Of a stretch of 64,000 nucleotides of DNA, positions 46,339-59,142 are shown piece by piece. The notes beneath the pieces are model-generated. The model worked only from the letters and a program-made list of their open reading frames with translations, was not told where the DNA came from and did not search any database. The position numbers were made by a program, and so were the translations under genes. Position 1 is the stretch's first letter, and each line of letters opens with the position of its first letter. The stretch is from Neodothiora populina (Eukaryota). The stretch lies in contig NW_027191409.1 in the NCBI RefSeq assembly GCF_041146345.1, positions 1,798,001-1,862,000 of the forward strand, in the 5' to 3' direction.

Positions 46339-48099
46339 CTAGTGACCTTGGGAGCCAAAGCGACTATGGCAGAAGAAATTTGCGAGGCACTCGGCCTCAC
46401 ATATATCAAATTGATGTGTCAAATGAGTCACCTGTACATCTTCACCAACTTCAAGGATTTCTGGCTCTTGGCCCACTCCTAGATTTAGACGGGAAAGCCT
46501 CTTCACGTATCTCGACCGAAGAACCGCGAGGTTCGTCAGTTTCTGAAGGTCGTCAATCATGAAAAGCTCGGCATCTCTATCGATCTCAAGTAAGGTCTTG
46601 ACAAAAGCTTCGACTTCTGGCAATAGCCTTCGTATCCTAGCCTCTATTGCCGTTTGCGACATCTTTCTATGAGTAGATTGTGGATCATGAGTGGCTGTAC
46701 TGATTGTGGCCGCAGCAGATCTAGCCATAACGACAGTTGTTGCCCTGGCTTTTGCGGAAATGAACGCGCCTGCATCATCAGCGCAGACCGCATTGCCAAG
46801 CGCGAAAAGCAGATCCTGAAGGCGTGAGACTTTGTAGAAATGGCGGTCGATAGACTGCATCACGAGGATCCAAGAGACAAGGGAACGCCAGAGCGACAAG
46901 CGTACGGGATCATTGAGGAAGGGAGAGACCGATGCTGGATAGGAGTTTTCGTCAGGCGCAGTGTCATGGAAGGGCTTGTAGCTTGCGTGAGGGGTCTCCG
47001 GCACAGCGTCGCTACAGGCACCAAGTGAAGAGCGGAGGGAGATGTGTGGTGGTGACTGCAGGGCAGTTTCAAGGCACATGTTGCTGGGAGTCTGACCGGT
47101 TTCCTCGTCATGCTGGGAAGCAAGTGGAGGGCACTCACAAGAGCGATCATCCTCAAATGCCGATTCATTGATCGTTCCTTGATTATCGAGCCGAATCTTT
47201 TCGATAGTTGTCGCAACCACCGGCTGCTCGTACGGCGGCGGAGGGAATTGCAGGACATCCTTGTCGGAAGCTGTTGTAGGCCCCTTTCGCCGCTGGGAAG
47301 CCGCAGGTGAGGACTCACGTTGACGCTTGCGCGAGTTGCTCACGGAGGTCGTCGTGTTCAGATTTGGAGATTTGTGAAAATGCTCTGCATTGTACTGCTC
47401 CCATTCATCAAGACAACCCCCATTTCCAGCGTAAGCCTTGACAAAATCGATGATCTGGCCAGCAGAAGTGCGAACAAGTCGATCCTCATATAGGCAAGGC
47501 AACAAGACGCTGGCATGATTGCTGTAAGGAATATATATATCGAAGGTAGACATGCGAGAAAGCGACTCGAGTAGCAGCATCAGATGCAGTGCAGTCCCTG
47601 TGATTGGCTTTGCTCCCTCTGGCCGAGTCTTCATCACTACTTGAGTCTGGCCTTTCGTGTTGAGAAAAAGATGCATCAAGCGTCTCCGATCCGATGCGTG
47701 ATCACCGGTGTGATGCAAACATTCGAGGATCTCTTTCGGAACACTTTTGATTGGGATTGCAGGATGTTCTGGCTCATGGTCTCCTTGTGCGTGATTCACA
47801 CTATGATCTGGGAGGATCGTGAAAAGCTCAAACGCCTTCCTGCGCGAGGAGAGTCGCACGAACACGGTCATCTGTAGCAAGGCAATGATCGAATTATCGT
47901 CAGATCTTTGTCCAACCCAAAGCGTGATGTTGGGATGCTCAGTGCATGGACACGGCTGCCCAAGACACAAAGTGCGAGTATCGCTCTGGGCATCTTTCCA
48001 TACCACCATGGCGGGCTCTTTAATATACCACGATATATCAGACTTGAAAACAAGGGAAGGAGGGCCATCGAAATGAGGCTTTGCGATTCGAAGAGCCAT
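46339..48099 (-). CDS. Hypothetical protein (about 586 aa, intronless)
   Basis: Long uninterrupted ORF; basic RKRQR patch and PPPPY motif; no family recognised. Confidence 0.65.
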   Translation of the reverse strand: MALRIAKPHFDGPPSLVFKSDISWYIKEPAMVVWKDAQSDTRTLCLGQPCPCTEHPNITLWVGQRSDDNSIIALLQMTVFVRLSSRRKAFELFTILPDHSVNHAQGDHEPEHPAIPIKSVPKEILECLHHTGDHASDRRRLMHLFLNTKGQTQVVMKTRPEGAKPITGTALHLMLLLESLSRMSTFDIYIPYSNHASVLLPCLYEDRLVRTSAGQIIDFVKAYAGNGGCLDEWEQYNAEHFHKSPNLNTTTSVSNSRKRQRESSPAASQRRKGPTTASDKDVLQFPPPPYEQPVVATTIEKIRLDNQGTINESAFEDDRSCECPPLASQHDEETGQTPSNMCLETALQSPPHISLRSSLGACSDAVPETPHASYKPFHDTAPDENSYPASVSPFLNDPVRLSLWRSLVSWILVMQSIDRHFYKVSRLQDLLFALGNAVCADDAGAFISAKARATTVVMARSAAATISTATHDPQSTHRKMSQTAIEARIRRLLPEVEAFVKTLLEIDRDAELFMIDDLQKLTNLAVLRSRYVKRLSRLNLGVGQEPEILEVGEDVQVTHLTHQFDICEAECLANFFCHSRFGSQGH

Positions 48100-50000
48100 G
48101 GTATACACTGGTCTGATCAGCTCTTATTATGGGTAGCGGTAGTGCTGGTCGTATCTATCTGGCGACTCGAAAATGGCGACTCGTCGAACAACAGATCTGG
48201 TCGTGATAAGCTCAACCAGGACGCGCTCGTTATGATGGACTCGCGAGAAAACGACACTAGTGGAGAGATCAATGTTGATACCAACAGCAAAACAGCTACA
48301 TAAGGTATTGAGTAGTTTTGACAGTTATGATACAGTAAGGCAAAGCAGAAAGAGAGGAACGAGGCGGGCAGGGGTCGGGATTGATATTTATGGTATCGAC
48401 GACGCGACCTTTAGCCAAATGAACAGATGTCTTGCGCTGCTGATTGCAGGAGGGAAGATCGCCAACTCGGAGGATATATGAACGAAAGAGAAACAGATAA
48501 CAACACCAATAAAGAGATGCACCACTAGAATGCTTGTGCCCTTCGAATGTGGACGCCTGCCTCCAGCACGCTTCGCTATTGAAAATGAATAGATCACACC
48601 AGTACAACTTCGGCAGGCTCTCAGATTAGGAGTCGAGGTCGTTGTGGTCCGCCTCCAAGATGCTGTCTCTTCAGCAATAATGCGAAATGAAGTTCAGCCA
48701 CAAGCGACGTGGAGCAAGGGAGTTCGAGCTCAAACACCAGGGGCTCGCAAGAACGACACGACTGCTACGACTTGTGCGATCCTGACCCCAACGAGCGACC
48801 CCAGTCTTCCTGCCTTGCCTCGACCGCTGCGCAAACAAGGATGCGCCACTGTCAAGGTAGAAGCAGTATGATGGATAGAAGTGCTCGATGAGAAGGACAC
48901 AGCAAGAAAGATAGACAGGGCGTAAAGCGAGCACGCGACCTAGGCTGAGCGACAAGGCTCCACTTGCAGCCTGAAGCAATCAGACCACCAGACGCGCTGT
49001 TATTTAATAGTCGGTCGGTCAAGAGGACGGAGACTCGCTCCAGTGGGTGCAAGGGCGGTTCCGGTACGAAGAAGGAGTTGTGAGCATGGCGAGGGTTGCG
49101 GATGTGTGTGTGTGTGTTGAGACACTAACGCGAGGGGAATTACAGTCCCGTGACTAGCGCCAAGAACTTCAACTCCGGTCACACAGACGGCAGTCGCCCG
49201 AACTTGTACCGCCTACACGTGATTCTTCCGGATGTGGGGCGTGTGGGGTGCCTCTACTATCTCCGTACCTCTACGCACCATCGAGGCCACTTCCGACTGC
49301 TTTATCTATTCGTGCATGCATCCATATATGAAGAGAAGCGAAGAGAACGCTTGCACGAACTCGTACGCAATGATGCTCACCCCCTTCCAGTCGCAAGATC
49401 ACATCACCTCCATTGTCGGCGAGGAGCCCCGTCTTCGGCGTCGGCTTCGACATTGAATGTGGTCCATCGCTACCTCCGCAGCGAGTGATAATTCCAAAGA
49501 GTACTTGACTGCGGATTGTTGCATGCCAGCGAGCTAATTGTCCCCGTATTAATACTCGTACGTGATTATAGTGCATCTCTAGTGACGCATAATTGCTCAA
49601 CTTTCGATTGGTACCCCACCTATGAGGTGGACCCTCACGTGCAAGTGATATGATCAACTGCTTCTTGTATTCTTTCCTTACTATCTCGGACGAGCTTCTT
49701 ACCAGCAATGGCCGTAAGCACCCGGCTAGTGAGATGGTACGATCTGCGCGCGAGATACCAATATGGAAGCTGCAAAGGGTTCCGGTCATTGTGTGTACAC
49801 AGAGGCTATGAATGGCGTTGGAGCCCTGTGCGCCCCGTATAACCCCGTGCTATAACAGCCCAGGAAATATATGATAAGAATACGAAGTCAATACAACAGT
49901 GGATTATGTAGGCCGTCACAGCTGAAAGTATGGAAGTCATATATAAGAACCTCTTGGAGGGACACGACATGCTACTTCATCGACCATAACGACGTCCGCA

Positions 50001-50671
50001 ATGAATATCAAGCTTGCCCTCTGCCTGCTCGTGGCAGCACCCATTACATGTTTCGCTCAAGCCTACACCTATCCCAGCACGGTATACGATACGAGTCTGC
50101 ATCCGAACCCATTCTACCATACGGTTGCAGAGACCTCGACTGTTGCCATTGGCAACCGGAACATTGCTATTCACACCGAATCTTCCCAGAATTCTACTAC
50201 GGAGTTCCTCGCTGTCCTCAATCCCTCGGACCTTGTCCCTGGCCTACAATTGACCAACGGCTCATTGGAATTGGTCGGCAGTGGTGGCCTTGTGGGGGCC
50301 TCGAGGAAGTTGCCTACCGTTAATGGTGTTATTCGCCAAGCTCTCTACTTCACTAATACCGTAGACCAGACCTGGCGATTGGTCAATGTGGGAAGCGATG
50401 GTCTGTACGGGCTATTCACTACCAACGAGGAGCAAGCTACGTATAACGGTACGTTAACGCGATGGAAGCCATCATCTTCTTGTGTGCACGCGCGGTGTGA
50501 TGCTTGTCTATCCATCTCTAACCATGTGGTCCCGGCTGACATCGTACAGGCTTTGCCATATGCAACACTGCTGTCGATTACTTCTACAGCTTGGAGATGC
50601 AGAGTAGCAGCGATAACTCTGCCGCTCCTGGGTGCGAGCGTATCGCTCTACATGTCAGTTCTCGCCTGTGA
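50001..50671 (+). CDS. Small secreted protein
   Basis: Signal peptide MNIKLALCLLVAAPITCFA; intron 50449-50549; C-terminal GFAIC...GCERIALHV. The 3' end is uncertain (possible extra intron). Confidence 0.65.
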
Positions 50672-50943
50672 TGTCTATTGTGTATTCTTGACGTAGCAGC
50701 TGGCTGAAACATATGACAGACATTTCTCGGACCGCCATTCAGCTGAAGTGGTTTGCATTAAGCATATCGAGCCATACGATTACACAGTCGCAACGTGGGT
50801 GCATTGATAGCAATCGTCTTGTCCGAGCACTGCCCCAGGTCGCCGGATAGCATTGCATTTAGGCAGACATTGTTTTGGAAGCTTTCGTCTAGGACATGTC
50901 TCTGACATTCAATGTGAGAACCGAAGTTTACTTGACAAGCTCC

Positions 50944-52772
50944 CTATTCAAAATTAAGTATGACCGCGCTGCTACTTGGGACATATACTCTCGCCTTCCC
51001 ATCTTGCCCGATCCTCAACTTTTCAGCAATCGTCACGTTGTTCAGACGCACAGGCTTGCCGCGTGAGAGATCATAGTCATAACTATACCCGTCGGATGTT
51101 ACACCTGTTATGGCATCGCTCCCGTTCGCGATCAATCGCTGTAAGGACACAGTCTTATAGTCCTGAGGTACTTGGAACGTGTATTTTTCCATAGGCCTCG
51201 GATAGTTGTTCACATATCCTGCGTTATCGAGCGACGTGTTGTAGGTCCTCAGGTTCATAACAATCACCTTTGACTGTCTTCCTTTGATGTAGGAGGCGCA
51301 GGCGGACTCGTTCGAGTTCGGAAGCGCCAGATCTACAATCTGCGGTCTTTTGTTCGCATTGCTAAGATCCCCGAGGAACGCCGCAGTGCAGATGTTCCCG
51401 TAGTATCTATGATAATCAGCCCTCGACTAACAATGTAGATTAAACCTCGATTACTCACGGAGCTTTGGTACTAATGGTGGTGTTTCTGGTCTGTATCGGC
51501 TGCTAAGCCTGATATCGATAGTTCGTGCCTTGATGCATATGCCATCGCCCGATGCCATTGGCGATGAGCTGGAGACCGAAACCAGCACCCCACAGGGCTG
51601 CGCCAAATGAGTTGGAGACCCCGCCAATGCCTTGTCTGGCGAGCGAATTGCCTTCGCCAACGATCGTTGGTCCATTTGGTTTAAGAGAGCCCGACAATGC
51701 TTGAGCTGGATTGAATATCGCTAGCAATTGTTGCACTTTGACCTTGGTGTTCGTATGGTTCATGAGTGTTCCCTGCAGTGTAATCCCTGGCTGGCCTCTG
51801 GCTCCCATGTAGCTAGTGATCGTCAGCACTATGTATCATAGCTGCAAAAGTTCGCGGCTTACTTATGGAGAGCCAGGTAGCTGATATCTTGATCGGTATT
51901 GAGTCCATCAGCGAACGTGGTAGCGACCTGCATTTTACTGAATTGAGGATTGGATGCAAAGGAGGGCGCCATTAATTGGAAGCTGTCGCTCTTGGCTAGG
52001 TCCGGACACGCACTTCGCATCTGATCGTGGATCTTGCGTGGCCATTCTAGCCACTCTCCAATGTAGAGCGTCTCATTCCAATCGCTCCCACGAGCTGGGG
52101 TCGGGCCCGCCACCGTAGCAGCGTAGAAGTCCTGCGGGGATCATTAAGCTTACAAGCTTGCTTTTATAGACCTGTGATTACTACAGGGTGTCAACTTACG
52201 GGTTCATTGCCCAATTCCCAGACATTCAGATTACCACGCAAAGCGCGGCAAGCATACGGAACCGATCTCAGCAGCGCTTCGCGGGAAGAAGTCGAATTAT
52301 AAGCTAGATTGAAGCCATGGCTGAAGCGAGTGCCTGGCCATGTCTGGTAAGATTCGAAAAATGCAGGCCCAATGGTTTCATTGGCAGGATAATCCGGATT
52401 TGCTGCGGCAAAGTACTGTATTACAGCCGGTTCTTGTGATTCATCAAACAACGTCAAGTCTTGGGTGGAGCCTATACACATCAACAACGACACTAGAAAG
52501 CCTCATGTAGATTAATAAGTACCTCCAACTCTCACATAAGGCTTGTTCCCAGCATAACTAGCAATGTTCTCCAGCAAGTTGTCAAAGTACGTGTTTGGAG
52601 AAGATAGATTGCCGGCATAGTCCACAAGCGAAGATAACTCTATCGAATAAGAGAGAAAAGACTCAAGCGGTCGGAGAGCATTTTTTGAAGGGATTAGATT
52701 GACCACAATCACACCCGAAGTGGTTGCAAGTGTGCTCACACCAAGTGCGAGCAAGCAAAAAGTGGTCAACAT
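50944..52772 (-). pseudogene. GH79 beta-glucuronidase-like glycoside hydrolase with a premature stop
   Basis: Signal peptide, SYSIE, VRVGGSTQD, WELGNEP, VGEGNS, GVSNSFGAALW. HQGTNYRYQA*QP has TAG at 51505-51503 where W is expected. Confidence 0.82.
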
Positions 52773-53855
52773 CGCGCATCAACTCCCTCACTCGTTTGAT
52801 GTGAGACAGGCTACTGTCTGCTCACAGACAAGGGTATGCAGTTTTTGTTTAATGCTTTGCCAAGGTCCAACTATGAGACTTTCATGAATGTCTTGCAAGC
52901 TACTCTGGATGTTGTTGCTGTCCACATGCCAGTACTAGGAACATAGAGTACTCCCTACATGCCAGTCGTAGGTATTGGGATGTGGGAATCAATTTATCCT
53001 GTAAAGAGGTTTAATTGCTGGGGTACCCCCAAAGATTGTTTGAATCAATGATGTGACTTGATTAGGTGTAACTGCATAATCTATCGGAAGAAGTCTATTT
53101 GACTTGTGCAGCCGCTTGTTTATCCGAAGCTTACCCGCGCTTTCCGCGCTAGTCCTAATTGATCCACCTCATGCCTCGCAACAAAGATGCGGAGAAGTAT
53201 GGGGTATATGAGATTGTGGGGTAGGTTCCTGTAGAAGGTTGGTCTAGTTGGACCATGACACTTGACCTGATTGATACTAAAGTCATTGTCACAGAGTCTT
53301 TCACTTGAAAGGTCATACGAGATCTACGCAGCGATGGCTGTCTGCGGCAAGCCTTTGTATCGCGTTTGCTATCGAAGACGCCTCGACGAGCTATAGGTGG
53401 AGGTACTGGTAGAATATGCTCATGCTCGGAGTTATTGGTCATATACAGTATCAGAGCGCACTATATAAGATATGTAGTAGATGTGGGCCGCAAATTCGTG
53501 GACACAAAGTGTACAGAAGTCAACATCTGTATCAAAACTTCGAAAGGTCAGGTGATTCGGATTGTTGAACAGTTTGGTAGTCCTGTCACTTGCCATATAC
53601 AGTACACGTCTCGAATAGGCAGCTGTCTCGATCGGGCAAGAAGCCGAATCCGGTCAACGTACAATACTACAATGCCAAGACTACTAATGCTAGAGCAAAC
53701 CCTCGAATCTCAAGACCGGCGCTGATAATTACAGTACATTTATATCTGCTCCTACCATACTTTCCTTCGTTTCGTCTGCATTTGCACAGTCTCGATGTGG
53801 GTGTATTGACACATTGAGCATGTGCTTTTGATCGGACTATAGAGTCACACCGACG

Positions 53856-55666
53856 ATGCAGCTCTTCTGGCAGCCAGGCTTCTCTCTTTCCAGAAAGCCC
53901 GTCAAGAAACCCGCAGCACGTCGAAGAAGACGAGAACGATTCGAATTTGTTGTGGAGCGGCCTCAGGAAGCTTATCCCACAGGACAACGCTCATCGAAGA
54001 CCTCTTTCGAGCCTTCGAATATTTCTTCCGAATCTTCAAATGGGCAAACTCGTTCATCCGACCGTCCCTGCCAAGGCGAAGCTGATAACAAAGATGAAAC
54101 TGAGCAAATTGTTCAGCTGGTACTTGCAGCACCAAATGACAGGTTACTCAGCAGCAAAGATCCCATTCATACAGTCACTACCAACACTGCGGCCAGCTCT
54201 GTCTTGGTTCGGTATAACGGCAAAGACAGGACTACTCCTTGGGACCTTTTCGGGGCCACGGCCGCTGAAGATAATGTTGACGACTTGGGATCAGATAGTG
54301 TGGCCGTCACTGTACCAGGCGACTTTCCATCGACTCTTGACCCATGCATAGCACCGACTGTAGAACACAGTAGTATGTCTCAGCGGTTCAAGCCCGTATT
54401 AGACAGATGTATGCTTCAAACTGTGCCACGTCTACATTGTAATATTCTGGCTAACGGATTAGACAACGAAGAGTTCTGTATGATTCCATTAACATTCCAA
54501 CTCCGAAGTAACCCATTCCGATATCGCACCGATCTTGACCCAGAACCAATATATCTGGTGCACGCTGTAATGGCTCTAGCCGGGCATCACGTCAACAGCG
54601 CCTTAACCATCAGCCATCGTCATGAAGCGCTTCAGTCACTACGACAAAGCCTTGATAGATTCAACGACGCAGATACTTTGTTCGCTGTGCTTGACACTAT
54701 CGTGGTCCTGTTCTCCCTAGATGTCAGTTCCTGTATCTTATGTACTCGGCTAGCACTGATCTCGGACGCCAGGAAACTCATTCAATCATTGGGAACTGGT
54801 ATACACACCTTATGGGAGCATATAGCCTGATTGAAGCCTCCGGCGGTATTACAGCCTTAGCTATGTCTTCCAGACTTGAAGCTCAGATAGGCATACTTAC
54901 CTGGTATGCACACCCCACTCCACGAGCACCAGATCGGAGCTGATTGAACAGGTGGGATGCTATAATAAGTCTTCTGGCTAGAGAAGACTGCATTTTCCCT
55001 TACGCGTATTTTGAAGCGGTATCGTCAAACCAGCATAGACGAGAATGGGACTTCTTCGGGCTATGCGGATGCCCAACCGACCTTGTGAAAGTCGTAATGC
55101 AAGTGGCGCACCTCAATACAGGGGAGCGAAACGCGCCTTTCGCATCAGGATCAACAGTCTACAGACTTGAAAGATCGCTTGAATCTTGGTGCCATACACC
55201 AGCTTCGCAAGCCTTCCAAGATGAGGCCTTTATACATCAGGATCAGGACGTCAGGCATTGCTCCGAGGCATGGAGGAACGGCCTGATTCTCTACATGTTC
55301 AGAGTGTTCCGGTGGGCACCTGGAGATAGTGTTCCGCCCAGTATTAAAGTCCGGGCAAGGGCCATCGTCGACCACGTTGTGTCGTGTCGTGACACCAACA
55401 TGTTATCTAGGCAAGCCTTGTTGCCACTTTTCCTTGCTGGTTGCGAGTTACAAGATCGATCGACCCGAGCAAAGATTGTACGTATCTGCTCTATCTGGGA
55501 CAAGAGGACCAGATATCACATGTTCGGGAGCACGATACCGCTTCTCCGTGAGGTATGGGCTGAGCAGGAGATCAACGGGGATGAAAACGTGTGGTGGGGT
55601 CAAATCGTGGATAAATAGCAAGTGTCAAGAGATCGTTCTCTGAGGACGAGACTCTGTTTTGGCTAA
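53856..55666 (+). CDS. Fungal-specific transcription factor domain protein (Fungal_trans_2/DUF3468-like, no Zn cluster); TAG at 55616 probably premature
   Basis: FEFV motif, HAVMALA, W.THL.GA, GLCGCP, SEAWRNG..LY, ALLPLFLAGCE. The frame continues QVSRDRSLRTRLCFG* after the TAG. Confidence 0.75.
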
Positions 55667-55901
55667 TTGCGGAGCACCTGCAGCACTGTCTGCACTGAAC
55701 TCGCTCACAGTCTACAACAACGCCCTCTGCTTGCTACCTCAAGGACGTCGCTCGGGATCTAGATTGCGGTCAACCGCGCTGTACGTCGTCTAGCGTGTAC
55801 ATCCAGGTCGCATTGAGGCGTACACTTATCAAGGTACGTGTCATCGAGCTTGCGAATGATTCGATATGTGGAGTCTGTGAATCATACTTGTAGCGATACA
55901 C

Positions 55902-56442
55902 TTATTGCTGTGGTGGCATGCCGCTGTATTGATCCGCTCCTCCGGTTGGACAGACCCACTTGACACGCCCTTCAGTATAAATCTCTAATGCAGGCTTGTG
56001 TTGATTTAGAAACTCGATATCATCGAATATTCCTCCGCGGAGGACTATTGTATCTTCAGGAACTTGGTCGGATTTCATCTTCATTCCATAGAGCGAGGTC
56101 CCTAAAAATCTCTTGAGTTGATACCTTGGCCGATTCATACATGGCACTTACCACAATCTGCGCAAAAGTAGTTCTTGTAATGCTTCTCACTGTCGGACAT
56201 TTTTGCGATCTCCTTAGGATTCCCAGTAATTACTAAGTCGACGCTCTTGACGAGAAAACTGTAGGTATACAAAGCCCCTGTAAGCTTACGACAATCGGAG
56301 CAATGGCACAATGCCTATAGTAAGAGATGATAAGCTTCAAGTGACAAGCAAGTTCATGTCTTGAAGAGACACTGACTGTAGTTATGGGCTCACCACTATA
56401 CTGGATGCGAATCTTTTCACAGAAACAGCCACCACTAGCCAT
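55902..56442 (-). CDS. GFA (glutathione-dependent formaldehyde-activating enzyme)/CENP-V family protein
   Basis: GGCFCEKIR, ALCHCSDCRKLTG, FCADCGTSLY, P..EIYT..R..W; two introns, intact. Confidence 0.88.
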
Positions 56443-59142
56443 CTTGAATGCAAATAGAGAGTGTAATGACACTGTAGAACGGCGTTACAGATGGAATCTG
56501 GTGAGGTTCTTTCTCGCGTCTACAATGGGATAGGTGGCTGATGTAATAAGCAGAGGATATACCCAAGTGGCAAAGCAATTTGAATGTATGTGGACTACAG
56601 AGCACGTGATCATCAGCTTATCATGTCTTACGTCCGTGTGATCCTTCGCTATTGTGTCCTGATAGGATGATTGGATGTGAGCTGCTTGGTAGGTCCATGC
56701 CAAGGCTCTTAGGGCTTACAAACATGGTTCCAAGGTGCAAGTGGCTGACAAAGGCGAGGTATCTAGTAGTGATAATAGGCCACTGTAGCTTCCTTGCTAA
56801 ACATTCGAGCAATATGTTCAAAAAGTGTTCAAGACAATAAACACGGTATCAGAGTGAACTTCGTCAAGTGCTCAAAACACGATGCTCTTCCATCTCCACT
56901 TACAAATAGCAAGCTTTTCTTGATCATTCGGGATGTCTATTCGCGCTAGAGCGATCAGAAAAAAAGAGCGGCGAGGTGACTGGTCCTTCTTGCAGGAGGC
57001 AAAAAAAGCATGAGAATTATAGCCTATTATACAACAGTATTTCCAGGTATAGATATCAAGACCTGCCTGTTATTAATGCTGGAGCAAGAGCGATATCGAT
57101 TTGCACTAAAGGCTTGGAATCGGATGACGCCTCGAGACGATAGTGAAGCAAATGAGGTAGTAGTCTTGCGTCCCGCATACTGTGGGTGAAAGGAAGAGGT
57201 TTTCTGCTCACACATAGCCAACAACAAAGATGTTTTTGAGTATCGTATCCCTATTTCGATGAGATCTTTGTCTTCAGGACTTTTTCGCGAATTCGTCCTG
57301 GACAACAGCGAGCGAGTCCTTCCCACGTTGAGTGGATTGAACAAGAACTGGTGGTCTGATTAAACATTTCTTTATAAACCTACAGTTCCAGCCAGCCAAT
57401 TCTAGCATAGTCTTTGCGACACACATGTAGTCTATGGCTAAACACGCTTGTGAAGACTCGCCTGACAGATCCGACATTGTGGTGGCCCCTGTAGCATAGC
57501 ACAAATGCAGCGTTTTGTTCCTTGGTCTACTGTGAATATGTAGGTAAGGTACAGAGACCCCGCTTTCCCGATTTCTATCAACGCGAAATCGCGCTAGCGA
57601 CCCGCTCAGAGGCGACTACTATGCCATGGTTGTACGTATCGAAATGTGAAACTGGCCAGGATCACGAGCGGCTGTTAATGTACAGTACGCTCTTACTACT
57701 TGCCTTCAAGCTAACATAAGGTAGACTTCGATGTGTGACTGCATCAGTGTTCTCTGTCTACTGCCCTGTCGTCATCAATACGAAGGCGAGGCTCCATCTC
57801 GAAAACCCATACGCCAAGCAATAACAAAGTTCGAAGATCGTTACTCGCAAACATTGAACAAGAACTGTTGTTATATTTTTAGATGCAGCATACCGCATTT
57901 GCATGGAGCGTAAGAAACTCAAGGTGGGTATTGTAAATCATAGATTCAAGCTTTACTACTTTTGCGGGTCAGGAACCGCACAAATGTTCTTCTGCAGTGG
58001 GACAGATCTACAGTGGAGTGATTAATTACATCTCGACAGCAATGCGGCGACATGGAAAAGACCGGTGGATCTGCACTACCACTCATTCGCTAGTGTCGCC
58101 GAGAGATTGCTTGTCGATAATTAGCACGACGTCACTTGTGAAAAGGTCCAATTAGTCGAATAGCAGAGAAGAGAATTTGTTACCCCTTCCTGTTAGGATA
58201 GTACAGTAAAATATAGCAGAGTTGCAGCTCTGCTTCTGGCCAGCGGGTGTCACTACCGTCATTATAGATTAAGATAGAACTCGGGATGCCGAAGACAATC
58301 ACGCTCGGCCCGGATCAAACACTTCTTGAATTGACGGTGAGACCTGGTCAGGGCATAATCAGATGTCTCTGCAATATGCTATTTTTACACTACCTTTTCA
58401 GACCCGACGTGAATCACTTGATGCTGAACTTCTGCTATACAGTAAGATAGCCGACAGTCACCGACAACCTGCTCTGGACCTTCTCGCAGTGCTGTTGTTG
58501 AACGGGAAGCCGAGTCCGATCCGCAACGGGGCGGTTGTAGACCTCGGCATCATTTCACGGAAAGTGGTCGGCGGCCGTCTTGATTGGCGGATTGACGATT
58601 CTGTAGCCCATGCACAAGGCGAGATATGGGGTTCAGGGTGAGCTTGGCAGCTTGGCACTGTAGATATCTTGGCTGTGACCCTTTCTCTTTCCATTAATAG
58701 AAACCGTTCACAGAAGCCCTAGAGCCGAAGGTGAAAAACTCTACATGGACTCCATAACTGGAACGTCAGGTGTTCTATACCTAGTGCCCGGTGGTAGTGG
58801 CAACTACGGGCACTACGTCACACACCTCAAGAGCGACAGAGCAGTGAATTTTTAGACTGAACCGTGAGGTCACGATACGATCTTAGACCTCGTACTCCAT
58901 GTAACCTCAAAAACATGTCGAAGCTAAGCACACGTCATGTATGTGCATCTCTCGTTCATCTCTCGTTCACGCATAAAGTGATACGAGCTCGAAGACACAT
59001 ATAATGTCTAGTAGGGCCCACGGTAAACTGCTCATTACAATTCATCTCATCTCTTCATCAACTACCCAGCTCATCAATAGTAAAACAAACACCTTTCATC
59101 TCAATTCTCCAATCTCTATTACTATCAGTATCCCATACCAAA

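Noticed and set aside
49228..49240. CCGGATGTGGGGC as another copy of the cluster motif
   Set aside because: CGG-to-GTGG spacing differs and it is not in an evident promoter.
48644..49488. Fragmentary + strand frames with an intron-like segment (GTGAGC..(TG)7..CTAAC..CAG)
   Set aside because: Possibly a gene relic, but no start and no recognisable family.
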